A stretch of DNA of 64,000 nt, taken from NCBI RefSeq assembly GCF_006345805.1, contig NC_042997.1, positions 134,478,001 to 134,542,000 on the forward strand, written 5' to 3'. Shown one piece after another: positions 26,743 through 41,607 of the stretch. A program made the position numbers and the translations under genes. Source of the DNA: Octopus sinensis (taxonomy: Eukaryota). The notes below the pieces were generated by a model. That model was not told the DNA's origin. It did not search any database and saw only the letters and a list, made by a program, of their open reading frames with translations. Position 1 is the stretch's first letter. Each line of letters begins with the position of its first letter.

Positions 26743-27215
26743 ATCTGAACAAACGGTATAACGGCTATTCTAAGCTGCGTATAATGCAAAGTTTGTTTAT
26801 CTGATTACAGAGACAGAACGACACACACACACACAGAGGCACACACACACAGACACACACACACACACGTAACTATAATGTATTTGAAACATTTTTGACA
26901 CGTATCAGAAATTATTCTTTTATCACTTCTTCAATGCATGCAAATTGATTTTTAAAACATATTGTCGATATTTTTGCCGTTAGCACGTATCATAAGATGA
27001 AGACTATTCGATAAGAAAAAATAATAATAAAAACAAAAGCCACCACAATTGTTTTGCTCTTGAACACAAATATATTCTCCTTTTCAAAATTGATTTCGGC
27101 TAGTGCAATGGCAGTTGTTTATTACAAATGTAATTTTTTTTTCGAGCAAACTTGCGCTGAAAACTCGGTGATAACAGCTCGCCACAAAAGCAGTTATATA
27201 GAATTCAATAAACTA

Positions 27216-27775
27216 TTGGGTTGTCCGGAAAGTTTGTGCCGATTTTTAAAGGAAAGAAAAAGTTCAATAAATACTTGCCATTACATTTTTAATCAACCAA
27301 ATATGAATCATTTTGTTGCACAATGCGTCTCCATCTTTCCTTAACTTGAAAATACCCTCTGCACAGGACTGAGGTGGTTTCATGGCAAAGAATTCATCAA
27401 GGTATCTTTTTACGTCATCCAAGGAATTGAAATTTTTGCCATTAACACTGTTCTGCAGAGACCTGAATAAACGGAAATCCGAAGGAGCAATATCTGGTGA
27501 ATATGGAGGGTGGGATAACACATCTCAGCCGAGGTGCAGCAACTTTTGTCTGGTTCCCAAAGCATCAAGTGCCGAAAATGCACTTTCTTATCTTTTAAAG
27601 GGTTACAGAATTTACACAGGTTATTGGAACATATATCTTCTTTCACGAAAATATAGCTTAAACTGTGATCTAAATAGAGGTGTAGTCAAATCCTATTTTA
27701 TGGACTCAACCATGTTCTAAAATAAGTCGAAAGGTAAGCTACTATAAATTGGCACGAACTTTCCGGACAACCCAA
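27216..27775 (-). mobile_element. Internally deleted mariner element (560 bp)
   Basis: TA|TTGGGTTGTCCGGAAAGTTTGTGCC ... GGCACGAACTTTCCGGACAACCCAA|TA TIRs with TA TSD; transposase C-terminus HPPYSPDIAPSDFRLF. Confidence 0.92.
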
Positions 27776-28469
27776 TACACTATTTGCCGACAGTTTACTT
27801 CATTGGTGCAAGTGATCAATATTTAAAACCTGAAGGTTACCCAGAAAATCGTTATTCTAAAAATTTTTTTTTTAGAAACTATATTATTTTCTTCGTTTCT
27901 TTAGTTTGCTGAAATTACAGGATTAATTGCATTTCAGAGGTACAGCTTCTAATGTTTAATTAGTGGTATGGACCCAAGTGACCTAAGTGCTATTTATCTT
28001 AATTTAAACCTATCCATCGAGCCGCTTGCGATAATAGCTTTTAGTGTCACTGAAAGACTTGCGCCATTACATTCACTCATGCAGTAATTCTACAAGGCAT
28101 ATTAAATAAATTTCGGCAAGAAAACTATATGGAGCGAATATGTCAAGATACCAATTTACATAAATATATATATCAGCAATAATAATAATGAAAAGGATTA
28201 TTACGAAGTGCCATAGCATTGCCTTTAATTGTTTTTATATATAAATAGCTTTGCACAGACCTACAGGTTTCAACAACACCGATTAGTAAACGTTGCAATT
28301 GCAAGCTTACTATAACACTGGCGCAGTTTCTTCGAGGATCTTTACTTCATATCCTTTGATTTAATCGTTTGAAGTTTTTCATTCATCTACTTTGCGTTGT
28401 ACAATATAGAGTTGCTCGTTGAATTAGACGCGAGCTATCTTCGTTTCAAGTGTTTATTGGACAATTACT

Positions 28470-28850
28470 TTTATTCTTTTACTTGTTTCAGTCATTTAAC
28501 TGCGGCCATGCTGGAGCATCGACTTTAGTCAAGCAAACCGACCCCAGGACTTATTCTTTGTAAGCCTAGTACTTATTCTATCGGTCTCTTTTGCCGAACC
28601 CCTAAGTTACGGGGACATAAAAACACCAGCATCTGTTGTCAAGCGATGTTGGGGGGGGGGACGAACACAGACACACAAACAAATACACACACACATATAT
28701 ATATATAGGTATACATATATACGACGGGATTCTTTCAGTTTCCGTCTACGAAATCCACTCACAATGCTTTGGTCGACCCGAGGCTATAGTAGAAGACACT
28801 CGCCCAAGGTGCGATGCAGTGGGTCTGAACCCGGAACCATGTGGTTGGTA
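28470..28850 (-). mobile_element. Composite SINE; copy at ~45625-46010
   Basis: Reverse complement of the 8854 family. Confidence 0.85.
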
Positions 28851-30814
28851 ACATTATTTCAAAACAATTTGTTGTTTAAATGTTTATCATTAATTAAATG
28901 TGAATTTCCTCGTCTCAAAGTTTGTTCCGTTCTAGAATTTATTACATTACCCTTAGATGGAAAAATTTGGTAAATTTCTTCTAAGCATAAGCCACATATT
29001 TTTGTTCCTGGTCTTTATGGTTTTGCAGTACAAATTCGCAATTAACAGTACAGTCATTGTTTCTGTCTTTAAGAGACCAGGTTAATTTCTTAAGACTTGT
29101 TTTGGAATATTTCATTTTTATCTCTAAAAGATAAGAGCATTAGATTCGTTGGAAAAAAAAGCAGCGTATGTAAACGAAAACAAGGACGAAAAACATACAA
29201 ATACAAATAAAATACAAATAACAGGACATAACAGCTGGTGTCTTTCGACTAAGAACGAATCAAATTAAGCTGGCGTGTGTGGAAGTAAAGCTTTACGGCA
29301 TGGATACAAGATTTCACAGGCACAGGGAAGAAAATAGATGTTGCACGGACAGCGGCCGAACCAAGAAAGAAAGGTCATTTATATATAATAAATTCATAAA
29401 TAAAATAAAACATATGCATATATACATACATATATGTACGCACCTACCTCTACATGTATATATACATGCGTATTTGGTTACAGAACACCAAAAAAACGTC
29501 GAACACATTTTTCTTAAAAAACGAAAAAATAGAGTACAGGACATACAATACAAGGAAAATTCCCCTTCTTCAGTCGCCTTTGTTTCATCTACTCCGCGTT
29601 TCGAAGGTCAAGGCGAGACACGTCTTTAATGAAACTTTCCTTCTCGCGAAAAACAAATTAGATAAAATTTGAGATTTTTTTGCGGATGGGTAAAAATGGT
29701 AACAAAAACAGGACAGTAACGACAGTACAGAATATAAACAGTAAAAGACAGGACAAGGAAAATAACAGTAACACAGACAAGAAGGGCTATTAAGCTGAAC
29801 GAGATAAAATATTACGAACGCTATATTTGAGAACGGCGATGGATCCACAGAAAATGCCGTCTACACTTGAAGGAAGCCAGGTTAGAAAGACAGTAGCAGA
29901 GCTCTTGTCGCGGGTCAACGACGGGAGGGAGGAGGAGGAGCAAGAGAAAGGGAGAGAAAAAAGGGAATGGATATATACATGTAGAGGTAGGTGCGTACAT
30001 ATATGCATGTTTTATTTTATTTATTAATTTATTATATGACGGAACGCACGCATCCATTTCTAAGTAAGATTGTTCTTAATATTAATAATGATGCTCACTC
30101 TTAACCTTTCTGTTCCCCCTCCCTTTCTCAGCTTTCATTCTTTCGGGTTTCCTTTTCTTCTACCTTACTGTCTCTCGCTCCCTCTCTCTCTCTCATTCTT
30201 CATTCTTTCTGATTTTCTCTACAACCATTCCCTTTTTTCTCTCCCTTTCTCTTGCTCCTCCTCCTCCCTCCCGTCGTTGACCCGCGACGAGAGTTCTGCT
30301 ACTGTCTTTCCGACCTGGCTTCCTTCAAGTGTAGACGGCATTTTCTGTGGATACTTCACCGTTCTCAAATATAGCGTTCGTAATATTTTATCTCGTTCGG
30401 CTTAACAGTCCTTCTTGTCTGTGTTACTGTTATTCTCCTTCTCCTGTCTTTTATTGTTTATATTTTGTACTATCATTACAGTCCTGTTTTTGTTACCATT
30501 TTTACCCTCCGCAAAAAAATCTCAAATTTTATTTAATTTGTTTTTCGCGGGAAGGAAAAGTTCACAAAAGACGTGTCTCGCCTTGACCTTCGAAACGCGG
30601 AGTAGATGAAACAAAGGCGACTGAAGAATGTCCATTTACTTGGTTTTGTGTTTATGTTTTCGCTTCTCATTGTTTTCCTGTACTCATATATGCATGGATA
30701 TATTCATGTAGAGGTAGGTGCGTGCATATATGTATGTATATATGCATATGTTTTATTTTATTTATTAATTTATTATATGACGGACGCACGCATCCATTTC
30801 TAAGTAAGATTGTT

Positions 30815-30850
<36 letters not shown>

Positions 30851-31020
30851 GTGTCACTAAAGTGTCAAGGAGTGCAACGTGGTACCGGCATGGCAAGAAA
30901 TAAGAGTCAAAACATTCGATAAGCACAAATGCACTACCATTTTGAAATCAGCGTATGAGTTCAACGGTTTTCTTATAAGCTGACAAGGTGAATTGAATAT
31001 AAATCAAGACGTGGTAAGGG

Positions 31021-31068
<48 letters not shown>

Positions 31069-31312
31069 AATATTAGGGAATAAATCCAAATTTACAGGGA
31101 AAAAATCAGATTTAGGATTAAATCCAATTTTATAGTAAAATATTATATAATATTAATTAGAGACAAAACCACTATTTTGTAAAACAACAAGGAAAGACTT
31201 AATCAATACATAAAATTTTAATAAAATTTTTTATTTTTTACTTTTTATAAAATTTTATGTATTGATTAAGTCTTTCCTTGTTTGTTTTACAAAATAGTGG
31301 TTTTGTCTCTAA

Positions 31313-31367
<55 letters not shown>

Positions 31368-32512
31368 ATATAGGACCTTATAACGCTTTTGTTGAACGCA
31401 TACATAATAGTTACTTTACAGTTACATGCTAAAGAACATATGAAATATATCGTCATAATATTCCTTGTGAAATATGATTATTGAAACTGAAGAAGTGTAG
31501 AACAATATCATTCTGTTGAGGCAAACGCCTAGTTTGAAAGCGTCAAGGCGAGGTAGTATTAGTCGTAACACCATCGTCATGCTTTAATATTTGCGTTATT
31601 CAAATTATGTAAAACTCACAAAGCAATATACATTTACAATAGAATAATAAATAAATAGCCATATTATTTCTACTTTCCCTGAATGAATAGTTCTAGAGAA
31701 ATCGCGAGCCATGCACACCAGAATGGTCGTCACATTGACTTACTTTATGTGTATAAAAAACGTCACAACCTATTTCTTCTCCTAACTTACAACGAGTTGA
31801 GCAAAATATTGAAATATTCTTGCTAGATGTTTGATATAAATCTATATATTATGTCTTAATATAAAAACCGAATAGTATATACACTTATGATTATGATATA
31901 TATATATATATATATATAGTATCATTAGAATAAGTATAATTATAATAAAGTGAGCATTTTATTGACAAAACTTTAACTACAAACTACAAATAATAGTAAA
32001 TATTTCTGTAATTATAATGAAATACTTTAGATAGAAATACTAGAAAAAAATAGAAAATAAAAAGCATAGAAAGATGTTACTCATATTGGACAGTAGTTAT
32101 TCGGGAAACCTGTGGAAATTGAGAGACATTATTAATCTAATTACATTGATGTCAATAACAATTAATGAATGACATCATTTGAGCCAATAGTTACGTATTC
32201 GTAAAGAGAAGTCTGCATGTTTACGCTTAAGTGGCGCTTGGACATCCTACTATATGTAAGTCTAGGATGTAAATATTTCCGTTGTGATTTGTTATTCTAC
32301 CGTCGTTTTATGCCTTTAACCCCCGAACATTAGGCATGATGTTTCCTTGTGAGTAGTTTTCGGTGTGATATATATACATGTATATAAACAAACACATGCA
32401 TGCAGGCTAATATCATTCCAAATCTGTACTCCACTGCGGAACGAACACATCTCATTTGTAATATATCTTACTGTTGCCGTCTCTTTTTCTTTCCAAGTGA
32501 ACTAACAACGCA

Positions 32513-33948
32513 ATGAAGATAACTAAGGTAAGTCAACTTAAATTAATATCAATTATCATATTATCTGTGTATGTGTGTATGTACTTCTAAATACATTATT
32601 TCTTACATATATTCAGCAAATAAAGGCGGCGATGTAATCGACTTAATCCGTTTGTCTATCCTTGTTTGTCCCCTCTATGTTTAGCCCCTTGTGGGTAGTA
32701 AAGAAATATATATTCAGCAACTTAAATTTGGTGGTTCAACAAATCAGAAGTCGAAACTTGATATCCAGTTATTTTGATCTCAGAAAATCTTAATTTAAGT
32801 ATGAGTATAGAATCGCGCCTCCAATATATATTGCACTGTTGTCCTTAAGAGTAATTATAAATTAATAACAATTTCTTAACATTTACGTACATATAAACTT
32901 ATTTCCAGAAGCTATTGTTGTGAAACACTCGCTCTAAACACAAGTAGTTTCAGATTTAGTCTAGCTGCGTGGCACACTGGGCTGGTGATTTCTACTGACC
33001 CAGGTAAGCTGACATCTGGTGAGCGAACTTAGTAGAGGGAAACTGTGAAGAATCTCGTCATATATATATATATATATTGTTTCTTATTAGGATTTTAATG
33101 CTCACTAAAATCATATATGAATAAAAATTCTTGAATGTGTTGTGTATTGTAAGCATGTTATTTAATTTATACATCATTTCATTATATTTCACCGTTCATA
33201 ATTTTCAGTGATGTCTAGTAGTAATTGTAAATATATCAAGCATATCATAAATAAGGTATTAACTATTTTCATTGACATCTGATTCGATATTCTCTACAAC
33301 TTTCTGCTTGTAAGAATTCAGTCTTTTGTATAAAATCTAGTTTTGGGGGGGATTAAAGGATGATAAATACATTACAAATACATATTTATTTACGCTATTT
33401 GAGCTTAATTCTTCTTTCTCTTATAGATGCTCCCCCAGATTGTAATCTTCCCAGCCTTCAATGTCATCTTGTTCGTCGCCTCGGCGTCAATTCCAAGCCA
33501 ATGTGAAATACCAACATCTCTGAAAGTTCATTTCGAGAGTCTGCCCAGAGCAGACATGGGTAATAATTTTTTTCTACCAGTGGAATTTCTTCGAGCCGAA
33601 AAGATCTTGACCCCACTAAGCGATGGAAATCAAACTAGTCCAGAATCTAATGATTCTTCCGGTAACATACGTGAAAGTTCAACCTCTCCTTGGTACCTGA
33701 AAACTACCTATAATTCAACACTTTACTTTCCAACACATACTGAAGCTGTGTGTCCTTGCAATAATTGTCAGGACAGTAACCACAATCATCATTGTGCTAA
33801 AATTTTTTCTAAAATAACTGTCCTCAAACGTACACGTGAATGTGTTGGTGAACTGTGTGTATATAAACCAATTGTAATTGATGTAGCAACAGCTTGTGTA
33901 TGTGCACGGAAAGTCAGATTCACAAATAAAGGAAATGAAAAACTATGA
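32513..33948 (+). CDS. IL17: IL-17-like cytokine, type a, copy 2 (exon 1 32513-32527, exon 2 33427-33948; 178 aa)
   Basis: Protein identical to copy 1, with the same splice sites. Confidence 0.88.
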
Positions 33949-35312
33949 GGAAAATGAACAATGCTCAAATGGAGAGTTATTCAAGATCGCTTAAGTAGAG
34001 GACTATATGCTTAGTATATTTTGTACACATACACACACGCACACACACGCACGCATGTATGCGCACACATACATACATGCATGCATACGTACACACACAT
34101 TATATATGAATATATAAAATTACCTAATTACATACACGTAACATATATGTACACAAAACACATGTATACATATACGTGCATATATACATACATGCACACG
34201 CATACATACATAGAGGCATACATACATATATACATACATACATACATATACGTACACTCACTCGTATATTATACAATGTTAAACCATTGTTTATAATGAT
34301 TTCCCTCTCCTTAGATCCGATGCAATAGTAAGTACCAGTGATATACTACGACTGATTCAATCAAATATATTGTACTCGGTTAAATTTTTATCATCGTATC
34401 AGTGTATGAAACTATAATTATCCGGTGACTCAAGTTATTTGTCAGAACCACGGTAGGTTTCTTACATCGAGGTTTCCTACATCGAGCTGATATGTCTGGT
34501 TGGTTCGTGTCACAAATCCTTTTTACTCTACTCAACTATATAAAATAAATAAATGCGCCCTTTTAATGCCTAGCCAGGCTCATGGGCCCGCTTTCCCGGT
34601 TTCAATGGCGTATGTATTTCCCAGCTGGACGGGACGCCAGTCCATCGCAGCGTTACTCATTTTTGCCAGCTGAGTGGACTGGAGCAACATGAAATGATGT
34701 GTGTTGCTCAAGAACACAACGCGTCGCCCGGTCCAGGAATCGAAACCACAATCTTACGATCATGGTGCTAACACCCTAACCACTAAGCCTCCACACTCAA
34801 CCATATACGCATTCTTAAAATATGTGTTTTCTTCAAGACAAATTTTTTTCTACGTACGCTGGTTTATTTATGATCTAAACCCCTTTGTACCAACATACCT
34901 GTATCCGTCCGTATTTCTCTGATACAAATTTCTATCGAAATTTCATGTTCCAAAGTGCGGAAAATTATGATAGCCTTTTCTGAAGATCTTTTCATTATTT
35001 TCAGTATTGACACGCAGTCAATCAATTTCCACAGAAATATGCTAACCGAATTGTTAATATGATAACAAGTTTTAATTCGTGAATATATAGGAGTGTCTTG
35101 AACTGCAACAAGATAGACTGTATATCCGATTTGGACCACCAAGAGTTGCAGTTAAGTTCTGATCTTTGTGGATCTTAAAATGTCTTTTGAGTCCTCCGTT
35201 ACATTGACAGACCTTCTGGCATACATTGCATTGAAAGGTGTGCACCGACATTTAGGCAGAATATTTTTTTTTATTATACATATCCTTAAAAGTATATAAA
35301 TGTATATTTTTA

Positions 35313-35371
<59 letters not shown>

Positions 35372-36963
35372 TATATGTAAATCTTATTTTATTTATATTC
35401 TTTAATTACAGATCTTTTACTTCTTATAAAAATATATATACATATATATTTATATATATAAAACACAACGCACGTGCATACAAGCACTCATACTTTTTAC
35501 AATCGTATTCTCATTTTTTATAGCATGTTTATTTATATATATTTTTTATATATTTGAAATTCATATTTTGTTCATGGTAAATATTCACTTCTACTTCAAT
35601 ATTTATTTATTTCTTATGTAATATTAATTTTTTTTATTATTTATAACAATTTTGTATAGCCGAATGTCAATTGTAAATATATCTAAATGCATTTTATATC
35701 TCTATCAGATGCTTTTTATAATTCGTGAAACAAGAAGAGATAGTTATAAATTTGTACTATATTGTAATTTAATTTATCATTAAATGCAGCTTTCTTTGTA
35801 ACCAATAAAATACATTATTAAATCAAATCTTATTTCTTTGTATTTTCACTTCAGCATGTTTTTCTTGAACTTGTTATAGTAATCTAAACTGTACCCTACT
35901 TAACTCGATGATTCGATTTAGTAATGGGCTACCAGATGTCTGAATGAATCCTTTTAACTCGTTTTATATATTTATATCATTAAGATTTTAAAATTTGTTT
36001 ACATTGTTGGTGTAATAAATACATACATTTGGAAATTTTACCTCTCCTGTCCTAGAAACCTGTCCAAACGAAGTTAACCATCATCTGATAACCGCAAAAA
36101 TTATATTTATGTATAATCGTTTGTAGCGATTCTAAATATGTCGACACCTTGTTTAGGTGTGATATGATTTCACAAGGAGTAATTCACCGGTAGAGATGAA
36201 AAAAAAATAATGGCGAGGAACAACGAAATCGATGAGTGTATGTAACCAAATAGATTTTAAGTATCCATTAACATAGGTTTAAAATATTTGCACATGTTCA
36301 GCAATGTCGGTATTAAATCGACCCCAGTGCTCAACGGGTACTTAACTTATCGATCCCAAAATGATGGAAGGCAAAGTTGACGCCTGTGGTATTTGAACTC
36401 AGAAAGTAAAGACGACGAAATGTCACTAAGTATCTTTGCCAGCGTGCTAATGACTCTGCCAGCTCACCATTCTAAATTTCAATCATTGACACAGCTAGTA
36501 ACATCGGGGGTAGGAGCTAAATCGATTAGATCGACCCCAGTGCTCAACCAGTATTTATTTAATCGACACCAAAAGGATGGAAGGCATTTTGGGGTTCATG
36601 AACTTTCAGTTGGCTGGTTTACCTAATCCGCGTACGTTGTCACGCCTGATAATTTAGTTCTCTCTATAGCACTATGATTCTCTATACAGGAAATTAGTTT
36701 AATTAAAATAAAGAATAGAGAATATCATTTTTTAAATTATTATTTACGCAGTCATTTAATTTCCTATATTTTTCGTCTACGTGACGTTTCCACCGCTATC
36801 AGGGCGCACCTTATAATACATTATGATGCTACAATCAATCAAGGGCTTCTTCGGGATATTTTGACCGTAGGCATCAAATATAAGAAGTTAAATGACTGCA
36901 TAAATTATAGTAAAAAATTGGATATTCTCTATTGTGTTTTCCTTAAACTGATACATTATTGTA

Positions 36964-37061
<98 letters not shown>

Positions 37062-37508
37062 TGCGTGTGTGTAATGAATACATGTATATATAATTTAGAG
37101 AAAAAAATTTTTTTAATCAATAAAGTACAATAAATAGTAAATAGTAGTATTTACTATATACTAGTTATTGTACTTTATTGATTTTTAGAATAAGATTTTT
37201 TATAGTATGTTTTATATATGGTGTGAATAACATCTTTCTTTATTGAATTGTTTAATAGAGGTTTTCCTCTAAACTATATACATGTATGTACACACACACA
37301 CACACACACACACCACACACACACACACACACACAAACACACATGTATGATACAAGTCTTTGGTGTAGCAATTGCACGCGGCTGAAGAAGGCTTTTGAAC
37401 TATTTGTTATGTCGATTATGCATTGATGTAAGAATAAGTTGTTCTATAAAGCCCGAAACATATGTACCGCAACATCCTTTGTGTCCTGTTTTTTATTTAT
37501 TTCATTTG

Positions 37509-37545
<37 letters not shown>

Positions 37546-37708
37546 CGACGGGCTTCTTTCATTTCCTGTCTACCAAATCCACTCACGACGCATTAGTCCG
37601 CCCAAGGCTATAGTAAAAGACACTTGCCCAAGTTGCCACGCAGTGGGACTGAACCCAGAACCATGTAGTTGGGAAGCACGTTTCTCACCATACAGCCACG
37701 CCTGCGCT

Positions 37709-37751
<43 letters not shown>

Positions 37752-38149
37752 TCAAATATGAATTAGAATCAGTTAGAGGTATATGACCAAAATCGAACAC
37801 TTATACACAAGATGTGTGTGTGTGTTGTTAGTTCGTAGGTTTGTATTTCGTTTTAGGTGTTAAAAACACCTGAAAGTAAGTCATAGGTAGGTCCCTTTTC
37901 CGGAGCAACATACATCGATGCGTATACGATTTTGCTTATATACTTCGAACATTAAACAATATACAGTTAGGCGATTTGAGAATATATTCTCTAATCGCCT
38001 AACTGTATACGCAAAATCGTATACGCATCGATGTATGTTGCTCTGGAAAAGGGACCTACCTATGACTTACTTTCAGGTGTTTTTAACACCAGGCACATTC
38101 AGCTCTATTTATACAGCTGATGAGGAATATGTTGTCTTTTAGTGAACAA

Positions 38150-38955
38150 CTAGCAGCATAGCCCGGCGTTGCCCGGGTATGTAAGAAACTTTGTCGATAA
38201 GCAATGTCCTTTACCTTTTTACCCTTTTTTGTACTCATTGAACCATTATTTTGTAAAATGAAGCCTAAAAGGCATTAAGGCATTCAAGGCACCGTTTCCT
38301 TGCATGCATGAAGAAAATCTATGACAGTCAAAGTGCATTTTCTCGTTTTGCTTAGCACACCCAATCCAGTTCTTAAAATATCGCAGAAAAATCGGTTTGC
38401 TATGTGTGCCACATATGATGTAATTAACCGATTTTTTCCAGTAATAACGTATCCTATTGGAATTAAAAGGGCCATATAGCTCCTTGGAGCAGACATGATG
38501 CTCGCTGTGAATTTCAAAAAAATTCCTGCCAATTTGTTAAAGATATTGTCGAAAATATGTCATCTTGAATTTGAACGCGATTTCCCAAAATGGCAGGATT
38601 TTATCGATTTTTTCTGATGGTAAGGTATTGCATGGAAAACTAACGTTAGAATTAAGTTCCTTAGGGTAACATTAAGTTTCCCCATCAGTTTGGTGAAAAT
38701 CGATTGCAAGTTGCGAAAACTACAACGGAAAATGTGTTGCATAGGATAAGCTTAGATTCCCGACCCCATGTCGAATTTATCGATTTTTTCAGAACTGGGG
38801 AACTTTTCAAAATTTTCGATGAGTTAGTTTTGAATTATGACATTGGGCTATGTGTGTGTCAAGTTTCATCAGAATCGGTTCAAAGCGGTAGTCAGGGTGA
38901 GAGTACAACCTGATAGACACACAGACAGACAAACTGCCTTTTATGTATACAGAGA
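38150..38955 (-). mobile_element. Non-autonomous Helitron (unit B copy, 11 bp longer)
   Basis: Same termini and hairpin as 19395-20189. Confidence 0.8.
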
Positions 38956-41487
38956 TTACTGCACACTTCTGGCAACAGTAACACTTGTGTATGAAATTCG
39001 AAAATGGCGATTGATGAAAGTTAAAAATTTATCAATAAATACGTGATTCGCTTTTCATGCTGGCACTGTGTTGTCTTTTCGAGCATGGTTGTTGTTTTCC
39101 TTTACATGATATTTATAGATCTTCTTACGACCCTTTCTAATGATTCTTTATATCTTAGTTGTAAAGGTAACACAGATGTACCAGAAAAGACCTGAACATC
39201 TTCACATTCACGAAAACCTCCTGCAAAAAAATAAGAAAGAAAATTTTCTTCTTTGAAACATAGAAGTGCAAATGAAGAGCAAAAATTCATCCTCTAATTA
39301 TTTCCGACGGAAAGGAGTGTGGACAATATTTTACCAATGCAAACTGCGATCGTTTTTCAGTGTGATATATATTCCTAATATCTACACAGGTATTCTAAAT
39401 ATACTAGACAACAGTTACAGGACTGCATGGATATTCTACATATTGGAAAGTAAATAAAATTATTTTAAAAATACAAACTGACAGAACTAGCAACAGCATC
39501 TAGGCTATCTCCCAGTGAGATAATGAGCCTAGCAGTGCATAATTATCTTGACTTGTGAAAGAAAATAAATAATGCTAGATGGTCCCGGTGTGCTCAAGAT
39601 AAACTCCGGTGTTCTCTCATTAAGCACCCCCTCCAATGTTCTCTCAAAATGGTCCAATAAATATTCTCCAGGCACTTTTCGTTAAATGACTTCACCCCCC
39701 GGTGATCTCGTGTTAAACTTTCCCGCGGTGAACTCCAGTTAAACGTTCTTTGGTGTCATTTTTATTATTTATGGTTCAGGAGGTATAATGAGTGTTTCTT
39801 TCCTTAAAACACCGTGGAGGACATGACCAAGAATTTTCAAGCTCAACAGATGATGAACAACATACATAATATGAACAAAAATGTCCTAGATTAGCATGGG
39901 ATGTATGCAGTTCTAAAGGTTTCGTTGGAACAAAAATGCTGTAAATTTAAAGCATCATATATCCAAGCGATCTAACAATAGGCAGACCTTAAAAAAACAA
40001 CAGAAATGGAGGCTTAAGAAATTCGACAAAATGTGTGAATAAAATCTGTATCCCACTGAAAACATAATGGGTTTCAGAGTAATGTTACCGACTAACGAGT
40101 GCAATTTACACGTTTATCAGAACGTATTTCAAAATTCTAGGTAAAATATTTTCGAAAGACTCTCTCAAACCTGCGAATGACAGAGTATGATTGTCGAAGT
40201 GCTACAATGAGTTTATTAACAGACGAAAGAAAGTTAATATGAGAGCACACAAAGACTTTACTAAGCCACTCAAATTAGTGAATGCTAACAGGTACCGTTA
40301 GGTGCTTCAGAACTCAGTAGTTGAGGATGCACATAATATTTTGTCTATATTGGAGAATATTTTCATATCTCCATTACTGAAGTTATTCAATGTTTGACAT
40401 AAAGTATATAGTGGCTAAGGCCATGGTGGTGATGATTAAAAGTAGTGAATGATGGCATCATTGTCGGTGGAGTATATATGGTTAGTTAGAAGTTCTTTAG
40501 TGCACAGCAAGTAATGCGATTTGAAATGTTATCACATAAATACCACAAGACAGAGGCACGGGTGTCAACTTAGAAACGTGATGTCTCCTCCTATCTCTGC
40601 TGCTGGTATTCTAACTTAAAAACTAGGACCGTTTCCTCTTTGCTAGGAGCTCTCCGGTTTAGTAACAGCTACACACAAACATTTACATCTGAGTGATTTC
40701 ATCCACTAGATACCACAATAATTGCTATACTGGCAGAATCGGTAGCACGCTAAGCAATATGCCTGGCGGCATTTCGTCCATCTCTACGTTCTGAGCTCAA
40801 ATGCCGCCGGGATCGACTTCATCTTTCATCCTTTCGGGGTCGATAAAATAAGTGCCAGTTGAGTACTGGGCTCGATCTTATCAACTTAGCCGCTCCTCTC
40901 AAGTTACTTGACCTTTGCCAAAATTTAAAACCAATAATTACAACGGCCGTACTCAGTATATTTCTTCGTAGAACATCGGTACTCACAACTCTCTCACAGC
41001 ATATCTTTTCCCGGCAGTTGACTAGAAATGCTAACTGCATCAGTCGCAAGAGGAACTCTTCCTGTATGATAATCGCCAGTCTTGGGACGCCTGTGAAGTT
41101 TATGGCACGCATATAAACCGTAGCAACTGTGACCCGTACTGTATCCATTATTTGTGGATATAACGTCGTTGAAACAAATAAACAAATTATAATAGATATT
41201 TCTTGCTTACTTTAAGTCCTCCCACTTTGTACAACTCGAAACAGTCTTCTCACTTGTTAGTTCCATCTGTTACAACAATCAATTAATTTATTCGCTTTAC
41301 ATTGTTTCATGTCATGTCGCATTTCCTCTGCCTCTACTGGTTTTCAAGACTTATATAAGTAAATCTAGGACAGCTGATAACATTTGAAAAAGGTATCACT
41401 TTGAGGAACGAACCCCCTCGGGTTTCATTCGTAAAATATCGTATTGCTTTCCTCGATTTTTCAATTTCCAACTGAACAATCTGTATA

Positions 41488-41550
41488 ATGAAGAAACTAG
41501 CAGTAAGTAAACTTAAGCTAATTACCTCATCTTATGCATTTCAGAATATG

Positions 41551-41607
<57 letters not shown>

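Larger units (their letters stand above)
10344..29128 (+). repeat. Tandem segmental duplication, unit A (~18.8 kb)
   Basis: Starts TAAGAGCATTAGATTCGTTGG (also at 29132) and ends ATTTTTATCTCTAAA (also at 46312). Colinear with unit B; offset 18782 at IL17-a. Confidence 0.95.
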
